NCBI GenBank assembly: GCA_973895155.1
Contig: OZ316898.1
Location: 2,269,927 to 2,333,926, forward strand
DNA from: Marsupella aquatica
Lineage: Eukaryota; Plantae; Marchantiophyta
DNA: 64,000 nucleotides
Reading direction: 5' to 3'
The notes under the pieces are model-generated. The model worked only from the letters and a program-made list of their open reading frames with translations, ran no database searches and was not told the origin of the DNA. Each line of letters begins with the position of its first letter. Position 1 is the first letter of the stretch. The position numbers and the translations under genes were made by a program. Shown here one piece after another: positions 39,641-53,190 of the stretch.

Positions 39641-41757
39641 CATCGTTATTTCAAAATTTGCTAATTAAATAGAAAGCTCATACAATCTACTGGAAAACAC
39701 TGATATATCATTCACAATCCATCCGAAGGTTATTTTCTTTTCACCCCTTTCTTTGTTTATATGAAAAAATACTTTTCAGTTTTCCATTATTTGTACAGTT
39801 ACAAGGTTAACTGTTTTTTTACTTGTCTCAAACACACATGGTCTTGTTTGGTACTTTTTGTATAACCAACCCTGCTTGTTTGTGACCAATAGTGCTGATG
39901 TGGCACCATGTGCTTCCATGGATTTTGGAAGGAGCTTGTCCGTAAAAACTTTCAGACCCGGGAAGAGTGACAGGGCAGTATTTCAAACTTCCAACATTTT
40001 ATTACTCTATCTGTTCTTACTAAAAATAGCAATATTTGGCTCATTGGACAGATATGACCAAGTCTCATGAACAAACCCCAAGAATTTTGCATCATATCAA
40101 GGGACAAATTGAAGGTCAAAGTTTTGTGATCAAACGGCTGGAAGCAGGAAAGTATGAGTGAATGGCAGTGTAAAGGGTGGCACACTCCAAGTGGATGATA
40201 TGGTGAGTCACATTCGAGCTTGGTCCATCCTGGCTTCACATTTGAGCTTTTGGCCATTACATTAACATTTTCAAAGCAAGAGTTTTTGGACATTTGTGAA
40301 AATTTTACTTTGTAGAATTAAAGTGGGCCAGGTCTTGTGAGGGACGTAACTTACAACCCCAAAAATAATTTCTTTTATCCAAAGTGCAGTCAAAAGATAT
40401 TCTTCTATATTAAAGCATACCAAAAAAATTATTTTCAACCCAAATTTCTTTTGTGGAAGTACAAGTAGCGAGGAAGTCTAGGAGTAAATATTTTGAAAGA
40501 AAAATATTAGTGGCATATGTTGTCACAGAGATTGGTCCACGCCCTGTGTTCACATATAACTGGTACTTCCCTACTTACTTCCTAATCATTTTAAGGCGGT
40601 ACCTTAGTAGGAATGGGTGAATAAAAATTTGAAAAAGAGCCCTTGAAAGGGCCCAAAATGATTTTTCACGAATTTTCCTCCAATTCAAAAAATTAACCCA
40701 AAAATCTGCTCATTTGCCAGATATTTATATTGATTTGTGTGTTCTATCAATGATGCATTAGAAGTTTGAAGACGTTTTGATGTGCTTAATTAGCTATAAT
40801 TTGACCAAGAAAGTCAACTATCAAAAGTTTTGGAAGGTTTGATGTCCTCTATTATAATCGGACTAAGGAAGGCAAGGTCTTCCATTGACTTACTAATGTG
40901 AGTAGGTCTTCCAACAGCTGAAGTAAGTCATGGTTTCTCCTCGAATACTCGAGTTGCTGAAAGCTACCAAGAAGTATGAGAAGATGGAAGAGGTGGCCCA
41001 CATTACCATTTTTGTGGACAGTGTTTGTGCACATAGCTAGGAAAAATCATCTAAACTTTGACCAACATTGAATTACCAACATTCTTAATAAAGACCTTAC
41101 TCTTGTAACCAAAATAAAAACCAACATTCCAAATGCTCGGTCCATTCCTAGCATCCGTTGTTATCATGGTGATTGCCCAGGTGATTGTGGCTGTACGAGG
41201 TGAAAAAAATATGGCAGAGTTTTCCGTTCACATCACTGTGAGGGTGCCATTCTGGATTTTAATCAAGATACATGTGGCAGAAATTAAAAAGTGAACTTCT
41301 ACCTGGAAATAAGCTAGTGATGAGGATGCATTCTGAATAATACTGGAACCAAACTGGACACTTGATCAAAATTCTCCAGTGATCAAGCTGGGCACTTACG
41401 CATGGATTTAGAATATACTAGGATATGTGTATCAACTGGACTATTTGGTCTAGAGGAAAACTCCTTTTAATTCCGCAAGAATTTGTGATCTCTATTACAA
41501 AGAGCTCTGGATCTTTGAATTTGTGACAAAGTAAGTAAAAGGTTAAAATGAGAGGAATGAGGTACCCTAAAGTGGTGGAGCAGAGATTCAACTGGTGTAC
41601 TCCAGAACCTGAGAAGGAAAAAAGGATATACAGCGAAATGACTGACCCTAAGGGAGCAAGCTGGGTACTATGAGTTGCACGGCGCATTTGCAATCATCTA
41701 GTGATGTCAGACTGGAATTTAAACAAAAATATCCCAGACTATTGTTTGTTGAGGACT

Positions 41758-44700
41758 TTAAGGAACTTGATACGAATCAATGCCCCAAATGTCTTTTGCA
41801 TATTCATGGATGGTTCGATCACTGCTGAACTTGGGAGACCCAGCCGTGTTGAGAATTGACATCTTAGTCCACCTCTGCCATCCATACACATCAATCAAGT
41901 AAAGAGAAACATCTCCAGTGTCAGGAGTCCTGGATCATCTTAGACACTCAAAACATGTTGAAACTATCAATTCTAAATGTACTAAGAGGTACTAAGATTA
42001 CTCACTCTCTCAAGCTTTGAAGTTGTACATAGACTGAAGTCTAAGTAGGCTCAGTAAGGGGATAGGTGAAATAGTACAAGCCACTAGCTCACAACACACA
42101 CATACTCATGTAACATGTAAAGACATGCACTTTAAATGAAGTCAACTAATTGTGGAATAAGCTAATTTAACATAGGCTAGGTAAATTACAACACCAAAAC
42201 TTTGATTCAACATCATGTAATAACTTTTAGTTATACATGAGATTAAACATAATCATAGAGGGTTGGGTAGGTGGGGAGATCACTAACATCCTGGTTCCTG
42301 TATGCTTCCTCAACCCTTTCTTGAGCCTTGATATATGAGGGAAAGTCTTTTCCCAGCAAAAAGTAGTCTCCTCGCCCATAGCCTCCATTCCCTTCAAGAG
42401 AATCAATTAGAGGTCCATAGTCATAATTTCCAAAAGCCCCGCTTGTGATAAATTTCTTTGCAGCCTCAAAGGATGGATCGGCCTCAAACTACACAAACCA
42501 TGTCAAAACACAAAGTTAGATTGGTGTGAACTGGTTCCACGTAGAAGACTGTGCATAATTTCCTTGAAAAGAGTATATAATTATTTGTCCATTTGTATTT
42601 TGTTAATCAATACCAGCAACAGAAGGAACTTTTATTACTATTGAACACTGACCTTGCCATCTGCTCTTTCTTGTCTTAAGGTAGAAATTTGATCAGCATG
42701 AGCACCAAACAGAAAGAAATTCTCATCACCAACTTCTTCTCGAATTTCCACATTGGCTCCATCTAAGGTTCCAATAATAACACAGCCATTCATTGCAAAC
42801 TTCATGTTGCTTGTTCCACTAGCTTCCGTACCAGCAGTACTGCAACAGATGACAAATTAGGGTATAGTGTTAGTTTTAAATCAAATCCTTCCTTGTCTAA
42901 CATTTCTCATGTTGAAAGACTCCATTTCCCCCTGCCAATAATGTGACCTGATGTTCCAACTACTGTAAACTAAGACTGAAAATCTACTTATGCCATACCT
43001 GATATGCTGGGAGAGTTCACTGGCAGGAATGAGTACTTCAGCAACACCCACACTATAATCAGGAACAAAAACCACCTGAAATTACCCAAAGGGAAAACCT
43101 ATCAGTTTCATTTACAATGGTTGTGACAAGAAGAAATGGCCAACCAACAAAACACTTAGAAAATAAACAAAGCTTGTCTCTCTGCAATCATACTTGGACC
43201 ATCATGATGTTATGAGATCAGGTTGCTATATGTAAGTATGACCCAAATCAAAGCAATTTTTTTACAATAAGAAGTTGGAAGGAGGGAACTCAGACCTTTA
43301 GCAAATCACCAATCTCAGCATCATGATTAATTGTTGCCGCCACATCAGTAATTAATTTTACAATGCGCTTTGCTTGCAAGTAAGTGGCAAATGCTTTCCC
43401 TCCAAACATAACCACCCGTGGCACATATTTTGCTTTCCTCTCCTTTGCAGTCATTTCCTTCATCTTCCTATATCGATGAATAACTCCCAAAATGTTCAGG
43501 AGCTGACGCTTATACTCGTGGATTCGTTTCACCTTTGTACATGGCAAGACAATTTAATTATTGATCATCCTTTTGCCAAATAAATGCTTGATTATCAGCT
43601 CCTTGGTAGTTTATAAGTCCTAAGAATCACCTACGTACTTACACAGATGAGGTGTCAGAATGCTATAAGTAGTATTCCCTACAGAGGGCCACATTCCAAA
43701 TCTCATGAATCCTTCAAAATTAGGTTGCAAAGTCAGACCAGTCTGCTCACACAGGAAACTATCAAGTAGAAATTGGGACAAGAACTCAGGGGTCTCACTA
43801 TATGGGGACCTCCCCATCGCCTGCGACGTTTTTAGGCCTCGGACCCCCTAAAATGTAAGAAAAAAATTTTATTTTTTAACCCCTATAAAGTTGGAATATT
43901 CTTGGAATATTCTAAAAATTGGATTAAAAGGACCCTAATGTTCTTATAAGTCTCAAAATTGAATTTAAAAGACTCTATTGTTCTTCTACAAAAATTCTTA
44001 AGTCTTCCCTTAGAACCAATAAAATGACCCTATCCTTCGTCACACGTGATATGCCATTTTTGTGGAAGTGAAACCCCCGAGGACAAGAAAGGTTACTGGG
44101 GCACTTATCTAGATAACCTACCCCAACCCCCCCCCCCCACCCCCACAGCCTACAGGATTTCTGAGTATCTCCACAAAGACAAATTATTAGATCTTTGACA
44201 TTGTGAATTGTGTCCAAAACACATGTCTGAATGGCTTATAACACAAGATTAAACAGACCAAATCTGGGTTGTAGTTATTTCTAGACTTAGCACGTGTGCA
44301 AAAACATTATTCACTTCCTAGAGGGATACAAAAAATAAATACCTGGATGTCATACAAGGCATCAGGACTGATGCTATATCCAGTTCTCTCTTTGATGTAA
44401 GTTGCAAGCTTGATCTTGCAAGCCCTCTTTGCCTGAAACCAGTCTCTATGAAGATCCTTATCATCTGCATACTGCATTGCACCGACAACACAACAGGTTC
44501 CAAATTAAAATATGCTATCCAATACTCAAAAAGACATACTTTGGAGAAAGGGAGTTCATTGATTTCCAAAAACATGTACTAGTATTGCTTGCACTCCTCC
44601 AAACCCTTGAAATCAAAGTGCAACACTTACATCCCAAGCTTATATATAAATTGAACTTGTTTCTCACTAGGTTGATATTCCAAGGGACTCAAAACTTTGA

Positions 44701-47700
44701 TGAGATTGAGATCAGACATGCAGCATTAACAATTTGAACTGTCTCTTTTATCACTTAAATTGGTCTACCCCAGAGACTAAGGTGGAAGGAAATTAAATAG
44801 CAATAAACAGAGTCTACATACCTTACGCAACCCCACTAACTGTTCAGTGTCCAGAACCCACTCTTCAGAACCCAACCATTTTGTGATAACACCACTTAGC
44901 TCTGGATTGCAGAAGCGTAGCCAGCGTCTAGGTGTCACGCCGTTTGTCTTATTTTGAAATTTGTCTGGCCATAGCTGGAAGCAGAATTATGGTTCTCAGG
45001 TGAGGATGACGCCATGGAAAGACAATAAGCATTACATGCAAGCCACTGTTAGCCCTATTTCTTTTCCTACAAGCTATGTTGACCTAATATAATTACTGAA
45101 ATGAGTAAAGTTTTTAGTGAAACTGGCTCAAAATTAGAAAATAAGCCAATCAATCAAATCTGGAGCCCTGGTCCAGTTGAGAAAAACAACCAAAATTCCA
45201 ACAGCAGGCTATATAACAATAGGCAACCCAAGCGCAAAAGATGAAATGTACATTGTCAAGTACATGATTGCCTCAATGAATCTGGACATTTTGATACTAG
45301 AACAATCATATAACTAAAGCAAAAGTAATTTATAGCTTATGAATTCCTGGACAGACATGAGTGTTTGTGAAGAGACTCACAATGAACAATTCCCCTATTA
45401 CTAATGATGCATGTCCCCTAACACAATGAAATGACATCATTCATTCATTGACCTCTAAAATGCTTGTTTGGGGGGAAATCACACCTGATAGAAATCATTG
45501 AAGACATGTTCCTTCACAATCTCACTGTGGATGGCAGCCACCCCATTCACAGTGTGACCAGCAATAACGCACAAGTTTGCCATACGCACTGTTGGAGTGG
45601 TCTTTGGCGTTCCTGTAAAAGAAACTTTAGTGTCATCTAAGTCTGCATCAAACTCAGGTTGGCCTTCCTTGCCCTCCTCTACTAATTCCTCCTCCTCTCC
45701 CTCCTCCTCCTCCCCGTCATCCTCCTCCTCCTCCTCCTCTGCATCTTCTGGTGATAGCGTTGTCGATGTTGAAAACACAAGGGATTTTATTGTATCGGGT
45801 ATCCCAACATTCTCCAGTATTCTCATGGTTTTCAATTTGCCCACCACCATGGACTTTTCAAAGATATTGCTTTTCACCACAAGCTTCATAAACTGCAGAA
45901 AGATATTGTTAGCCCGATTGTTAGAGTGTTAGATAAAAGGCTGCCCAACACTAGTTTAAATAGTTGAGATGTCTACCTGTGAGTTGATTGATTTCAGTAC
46001 AAAACTGATTAAAACTAAGTATCTTAATAGGGATAATAAACTATAAAATAATAAGAGGGTGGAGCAACTCTTCTAGAACCAAACCCAAATAGAATGTATT
46101 AATATGATCTTAAACTACATTAATTACTTATGTTTGCATCTAGAAAGTGTCACACAGTAAACAAGGTACACAAGTATCTTCACGGAAAAACAATGAAATA
46201 TCATGAACTTGCATGGAAACCAAAAGTACATTGCTGCTAGACTCATGCAACTGCTCTAGAAGTGTAAACTACACCTGACTATGCACTTTGATATGAGCTT
46301 CTAATTCTTGAAGGACCCATGAAGATAATTGTGTTTTTCAACATTAAGACAAGACCAGGACCAGTAAATGCCAAGTCACCTCAATCTACAGAGAATTCCC
46401 TGATGTATTGTGGGGCAAGTGGACTTATTCTTGGAATTATTATTGTTTCATCTTGTTATTGATTTTCTCAGTAATTTCAGCAAAGTACCGGGGCAAGTTA
46501 CCTGGTTGTCAATCTTTTCAATAATCTCGGTATGTCGAGGAAGAAGTTTGTCAAAGATGCTCAAAGGCCACTTTTCCAAAGCTTCTGGAAGCACTGTATG
46601 ATTTGTGTATGCCACAGTTCTGAAGAGAGAAAACCACTATAATAATTATCAACAGAGACTTGGGACTCTTTGTTCAATATGCATGGTGAAAAGGGAGCCA
46701 CTATAATCCGAAGGATGTTTTACACAACAGTTTGAGTTTATGATGTATAACATTTTGCCAGATGGTAGGAATGGCACTGGAAAAGAAAAGCAAAGAATAA
46801 TGTCCAGTCTTGAATGACAATATATTAGAGTGCATGAGGTTTCCAAACCAAAAAATGTTGCTACTAGCAGTTCTAGATGATAGTGCAATACCAAAACTAT
46901 ATAAGAACACCATCAAGTGGCCAAACACAAAACAAGATAAAGGCTTTCACAGGCACCACACAATTGTTGACAGGCAAGTTGTAAAGAGCACAATATAAAT
47001 TGTTTTGAAGTCTTTGCCCATAGTTGAAGATCAAGTGCACAATGAGCTGCACGCATGCAGTCACTAGTGACTGGATTTGTGGCATCAACTCCTAAACTTT
47101 CTGCGCACTTGAAAATGGGAATCAAAATACTGACATTATGGTGACTGTAGTGTAACTTGTAAGTTTGGGTCACAATAGCCAGAAACACATCAAAAAAATC
47201 CAAGAACTTACGCTTGAGTTATGTGCCAGGCCTGCTCCCAAGGAAGACCCTCTACATCAATCAAAATTCGTAACAATTCTGGCACGGCTAGAGTTGGATG
47301 TGTGTCATTCATTTGAATAGCTACTTTGGACGGAAAGAAATCCCAAATGACTCTGCTTCCCGATCGCTCTTTGAACCGGGAAACAATGTCTTGGAGGGAT
47401 GCTGAGCACAATGTATATTGTTGCTTAAGGCGTAGAATCTTCCCTTCCTCACTTCCATCACCTGGATACAATACATAGCAGATCTGTGCCACCACAGTCT
47501 CCCGCAAGCCAAACACATGTCAGTGTATGGATGATTGACTGGAGATTGACGAGACAAGATAGTAGTAAGGGTTCAATCCTCCAGCCTGACACTCACATAC
47601 ATTGCCAAAGTCTCCATATAACAGGCAAGTAACACCTCCAGGTGCATCCCTATTCTAGATAATTATCAAGTAAGCTCTTCTGCTCAATATTTTTCAATCA

Positions 47701-50700
47701 AGTGGAGGAAGGCAAGCGGGAAGCTAGCCAAGTCCTCCTTTTTGCATAGCCTCCAAAATGGAGACAAAGGAAAGCACAAGTAAAGGAGGATGGAGAACAC
47801 CTTTTCTGCATTAGCATGAGCAATAGTAGCTTTTGCATGATCTCCATCATTGAATGACTGTAAATCAAACTCGTCTGCTGCTGCTCTGGTAGACCAAAGT
47901 CGCAAGCTGATAGTATTCTTTGTTTTATACCCTGGGATAGGGACATCATAGGCATAAGCATTCACATTTTCACCGCCAACCCATTGCTTTTTGCCATCAT
48001 ATCCATCGATGACTTTGCCACCAAATTTTATTGGGTAGACAATATCATTTCTTACAATCTCCCATGGATATCCCATCTGTCAAATAAAGGAAGAAATTGT
48101 TACAAGACGTTGCATCTTTCAGCTTTTACACCAAAATAATTGTCCATGTTACAAAATCACTAAAGGTATTTGAAACTAGGAATTGCAGGACTTAATAGTC
48201 CTGATTTCCCCCTTGCCACAGGGTTTTTGTGGCCCTTACTTTATAAACAAAAATGAAAACAATTTCAAGGAACAGTCCTGATTTCTCATTGACCTGCTCC
48301 ACATGTGACAGATAAAACCAGCCTAGCACAAATTTTCTCAGAAAGTGGAGCCTTCTCTCAATTTACTAAATGCACTCTGATTTAATTCTAAGTGCAGATT
48401 ATGGGAAGTACTTGTCATGCAAAAGATTCAAGAGGAAATTTTGACACCAAGAGTTCTTGAAATTCTGAGTTGTACCTCAAGCCATTTTTCAGCCACTTCC
48501 TCTTGACCCTCTTTAGTGATCCTTTGATGGAAGAGCCCATACTTGTAGCGGAGACCATAACCCCAAGCAGGATAATTCAGCGTTGCCAACGAATCAAGGA
48601 AGCAAGAAGCCAGTCTCCCCAACCCTCCATTGCCAAGTGCTGCATCTGGCTCCTACACTTGACAAGAGAAGGAATTTAAATGTCTACCCATTGTACAGAT
48701 TCCACAAAGCTGAAATGAAACTTGTCAGCTGGTTAGTATTGAAAATTCATGAACACCTGTAGAAGTTCTATCTGCATATTTGAGGCCAAACAAAACCTGT
48801 ATGAAATCCTCATATGAGTATGAATTTTGTTTGAGGCCAAATTAAGACAATCTTTAAAAATACCTACACAAATATCCACAGTCATGAGGCCAAACAAAAT
48901 TCTGCAAAAATAAAAATGGGGAGGTAAGATGGCTGTAGATTTGAACAGGAAGACTCCTACCTGTTCTGCTACATCTTCAAGCTCGTATCCAAAGCTTCGA
49001 AGGGCTTGTGCATAAGCATCCCTTAACTCCAAATTGCTAATGGCGTTCAGCAAAGCTCTTCCCTACAGCAGTATATATATTCCTTGACTGAGAATGTAAT
49101 GAAAGGTGACCTCTTGATATCAAATACGGTAAGAAAATGGGACAACTAGCAAAATTAAGACATGACAATTGACAAAATGAGAAGCAGCTAGGTAAGAAAA
49201 TGGGACAACTAGCAAAATTAAGACATGACAATTGACAAAATGAGAAGCAGCTAGCTCAGGGGCTAGCATGTCAGGGAAACCAGATTATTAATCCAAGAAA
49301 ATAGTCTAGAATATTCTAGCAAGTGTCCAATTTCCAATTACTGAATTTGAAATTAGACATGAAAAGGATTGCCTGGGCTCATAATTGACTCAAGTTGCTG
49401 GTTTGAAAGAGCAAAAACGTGCTAGTTGATTCAAGACCGCACCTGCAGAAATTCCATTGAAAGGTAGTGGATATGCTTGGGATTTGTCTTGTGCAAGTGC
49501 TTGTAAGTCTCATTCCATTTTAGGATCAAGTTATCACGGACACTTGCTGCCGTGGATGCATAAACTTTTGGCAGCTCAAACTTCATAGGGGCAAATGTAG
49601 GAGTGTACTCTGCATGGTACTTGATATTTGAAGCAATCGACCCTATATCTTCGGAGGCAGGATTGGCAACAGGGGAAGTTTCTGCCAGATGTTTTCAAAT
49701 AAATATAGGGTTACAAGTTGAGTGAGTGATGACCAAAACATAAGAATCAAACAACAAATGCAAAGGAAGACCGCCTGTGCCAAGAATTGAGATCATGACT
49801 ATAGTTGCACAATCATGGAAGTCTTGTAAGAAATCATTTTGCCCTGCATTTTGCTTGCACAATGAAGAGAGTACGGTGAGTAGATAGCCATTCTTGTCCA
49901 TGTGACACCAAAGTGTTGTATGGAAAAGCAACAATTGTTTATAAATGGGGAATGAAATGGAGCACAATCTACATGATGATTTGGACCGGGATTTGGACAA
50001 TGGATGGTGAGGGATCCATCCACCCTCGACAGTTGAAAATTTAGGTAATAAGCTATGTGTAAGCAATTTAAATTGCAAGAGCAAAGCCTCCATCCAGCCA
50101 CACGAATGAACAGATGCACTGGCATACACAATAGTTGATATACACTGTAGGAGTGAATTAGGGGCAACAACAATATATGCACCAGAATTAAACAGTTATG
50201 CATGGTGGACCGCAAAAGAAATGGTGAAACAATTTCCTCAAAATATGCTAATAAAAGGTGCAAATAACCAAATTAGGCCAATAACACACATATATAAGGT
50301 ATCCAACATTTAAATGAGCATATTGGATGGAGGGCAGAATGCTGGAAGCAAGCAACAACTGTTCAAGAAAATAACACTACATGGAAGGTTATAGTGTTTA
50401 CAAAACTGAGGACTGAGGATTTTGACTTATGACACGCACTACCCATACAATTTGTAAATGTCCACATTATTTAATCATGGCAAGAAACCAGAGTGGCAGG
50501 CTAGCATGCTTCTCTTCGTTGCCCCTGGTCCAAATTGTTGAACATAGGCAATCCCAAAATTGCAACACTTACTTGTGTTCACAGGCAGGCTTCTTTCAAG
50601 AAGATTTAGACAATAATTATTATAGTGGATCGCACTTGCATTAGAAGCCATAGCGGATGCTAGCTCAAATTGCCCAATTCATGATAATGGATTCTAAGAG

Positions 50701-51031
50701 AAATTTAGTGAGAAGAGTCTAAATTTTTTTTCTATGATTCACTATGATAGTTGTAGACCAGCACAGCGACAGAGAGTGTGAGAGGGAGGTTTGACAACAA
50801 ACCTTCTATAGGCAACTTCTTTGGCCCACTAGATATACACCTCATAGTGGCTGTTCTTGAGAGAGCAATCTGTAAGGAACTCCTTTTGAGCACTGCAAGA
50901 GGCGTCCCCAAAGCACTATTGCTCCTAAATGAAACATTGCCAATTCGGTTGTTTCGTGCAATGTCTGATTGCTTCAAATTAAGTAATGAACTTGTTGGAA
51001 CAGCCGCTGCCACACTTACTATTGCTGCCAT
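41758..51031 (-). CDS. PHO1: Plastid alpha-1,4-glucan (starch) phosphorylase, L-type (GT35); 15 exons; 973 aa
   Basis: Exons: 51031-50803, 49681-49443, 49062-48961, 48652-48476, 48076-47801, 47483-47212, 46619-46502, 45892-45485, 44974-44822, 44471-44343, 43532-43296, 43075-42999, 42839-42653, 42488-42288, 41874-41758. They sum to 2922 nt, all introns are GT-AG and phases are consistent. Motifs: [76 protein letters not shown]-lysine motif [20 protein letters not shown]-rich transit peptide in exon 1 and acidic L78/L80 insert in exon 8. Confidence 0.97.
43785..44081. mobile_element. MITE family A, copy 2 (297 bp), in PHO1 intron 10
   Basis: TIR CTCAGGGGTCTCACT / AGTGAAACCCCCGAG. 8-bp TSD GACAAGAA at 43777-43784 and 44082-44089. 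Near-identical to 2401-2696 and in the same orientation. Confidence 0.93.
49128..49253. repeat. Perfect 63-bp tandem duplication in PHO1 intron 2
   Basis: GGTAAGAAAATGGGACAACTAGCAAAATTAAGACATGACAATTGACAAAATGAGAAGCAGCTA at 49128-49190 and 49191-49253. Confidence 0.97.
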
Positions 51032-52959
51032 TCTTGTTAGCAAAGCTTTGTGCTAGCAATCTTTCACAATGCTCCCTTCTCCTTCCTGTTTATAGACTCA
51101 GGCTGGCTTCAGGTGTGTCCTTATTGTCATGTCATCTATAAAGAATGATTCCAATTGTGCTCACTTGCCTTCCCATTCTCTCTCTGCCCATCTGTCTAGG
51201 AATCTTTTACAACATTAATTGACATCCTGCATAATGGCACAAACCTATTAACTCACAAGGCCAGACAATAATCCCTGCAGTTCTCTCCTCCGTTGCTTTC
51301 ACTGCTTGTGAACTATTGTATTCAAGGCATCAGGGTTTTTCCTCTATAATCTTCCTTTGTAGGTGCTGTTATACAATTCAAGTAAAATTTACCACCAATT
51401 CAACATAGCTGGCGTGCCTTGTTTGATAAGAAGAGTATCTACCTGCACACTAATGCTAGAAGTATAGCAACAGACCAAAAATTGTCTTGTACCAGTAGAT
51501 AGATCAAAAACATTCATCTCCTTTCTGCAATTCAATTGCACATGGCCTCTTGCATTTCAAATATCCAATTTATGTACCATTGTCCTACCACTACCTTAGC
51601 CTTTGCCTCCAAACAAACAGAGAAATGCCAGGAAGCCCTCCCCCTGATCCCCTATATGCAACACTACTACTCTCTTGCAATGCCCACTTCTCCCACTTCG
51701 TGCCTCCCTTGCCTGCCACACTTAGTAGTACAGACTGCCCTCCACAGATCTCTCGGCTCTTTGTGGCTCCACCACCCTAGCTGCCCCTTCGTCCTCTCAT
51801 TTCCCTCTCCCCTTTTCACTCTCTCCTCCCTCTCTTTTGTTCAATGGCAGTTGGCAACTTGGCAATCCTTGTGTTTCATAATAACAAGACATGACAATCA
51901 TGCACTCCTGGTTACAGTGGTAACTATGATGTCCCATCATATTGTATGTATATTGTGCCAGCAATTACTGTGTCAAGACTGTCATGAGTTTCTAAGGAGA
52001 ATGGTAACTGTAACCGATCAGATCGTACACTCTGTAAAACCTTAGGTCTATTAAATGAGCCTAGGTTGCATGTGCAGGGGGTTTGAGCCCACTCCCACCC
52101 CCTGGTGCTAATCTATACTATCAGTGAAATGAAAGAGACCTCCAATGTACCTAGAAACCATTACTGATGGAAGTTGTCACCCAATCTAAAATCAGTGTAT
52201 CCACTCATGATTGCCATTGTAGCAGGGAGGGAGTACCCCTAGGGGTTGGATGGGTGGTCCATACTCCCTGACCCATAATGATATGCCCCTCCCCCCCTGC
52301 ATGTTTGCAATCAACCCTACTTGCCCAGTGGCTCCAAGATTCTTGAGGTGTTTTCCACTCCTCACCCCCTAGCCATGGAACCTAGCTCTAATCCTTTAAC
52401 CTCATAAACGTGCCGACAGGACAAAGTATTATCAAGCTCCTTGCATGAGTGTCAAACATGATGTGTTGGCATTTTAACTCAAAGGGGGATTCAACATTCC
52501 CCAAGAGGAAACTTGAGAAACACCCCTGCACTCATGATCACAAACACTGCTATTTTATGTCCACTCCAAGAGATCATGTTGTCAAAACAAAATGTGATCC
52601 CTGGATCATTTTCCTTGCCTACCCATTTGAAGACAATTCAAGATTTGTATTCTGTTATCACTTTACTGATAAACTTTTTATACCTCTAACCAAGTCTGGT
52701 TTGAAAGTTTAAAGAGTTCAAAACTTTAAAATTTCTGCTTTGGTTAGATTTTCCCCAAAAGTTCCCAATGACCCAAACTTATCCAAGATGTGATCAACAG
52801 GGTGATCAAGAAAAATGAGATACTTGGAAACTTTGAAATTGTTGTTTGAAAATCTAAGCAAGCTCAGATTTGAAAATACGTAACATATTTATTTATTTGT
52901 CAAAGGGAAATCTGTGAAACCTCACTGAAAGGGAGGCAACCGAAGCCAGTTGTAACATT

Positions 52960-53190
52960 TGAACCCAAAACCTATGAGTCTCTACTTAAGTGAGTTATCT
53001 GAACCCAAAAGGTATGAGTCTCTACTTAAGTGATTTATCACTCAGGTGAACCCTAGACCTATGAGTATGAGTCTCTACTCAAGTGAGCTACCATTCAAAC
53101 CCACAACCTAGGAGTCTCTACTTAAGTGAATTATCATTCAAGTGAACCCAAGACCTATGAGTATAAATCTCTACTCAAGTGAGCTACCAA
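52960..53190 (-). repeat. Tandem array of five ~40-50-bp units resembling a truncated tRNA/SINE head
   Basis: Core GAGTCTCTACT(T/C)AAGTGA, with one unit slightly variant, and (G/A)AACCC in each unit. The minus strand reads GGTAGCTCACTTGAGTAGAG...AGGTCTTGGGTTCA, similar to Pol III A- and B-boxes. Confidence 0.7.

Noticed and set aside
42820-42830. ACG at a usual Met position as a C-to-U editing site
   Set aside because: This is a spliced nuclear gene, plant C-to-U editing is organellar, and Thr occurs at this site in other phosphorylases.
49695-50263. Two 144-154-aa minus-strand ORFs
   Set aside because: They lie in PHO1 intron 1, and the exon 1-2 junction is in frame without them.
51536-52045. 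169-aa + strand ORF upstream of PHO1
   Set aside because: Non-ATG start, low-complexity CT-rich DNA and no recognisable motifs.
52960-53190. Functional tRNA genes
   Set aside because: No acceptor stem or complete anticodon arm; units are too short.
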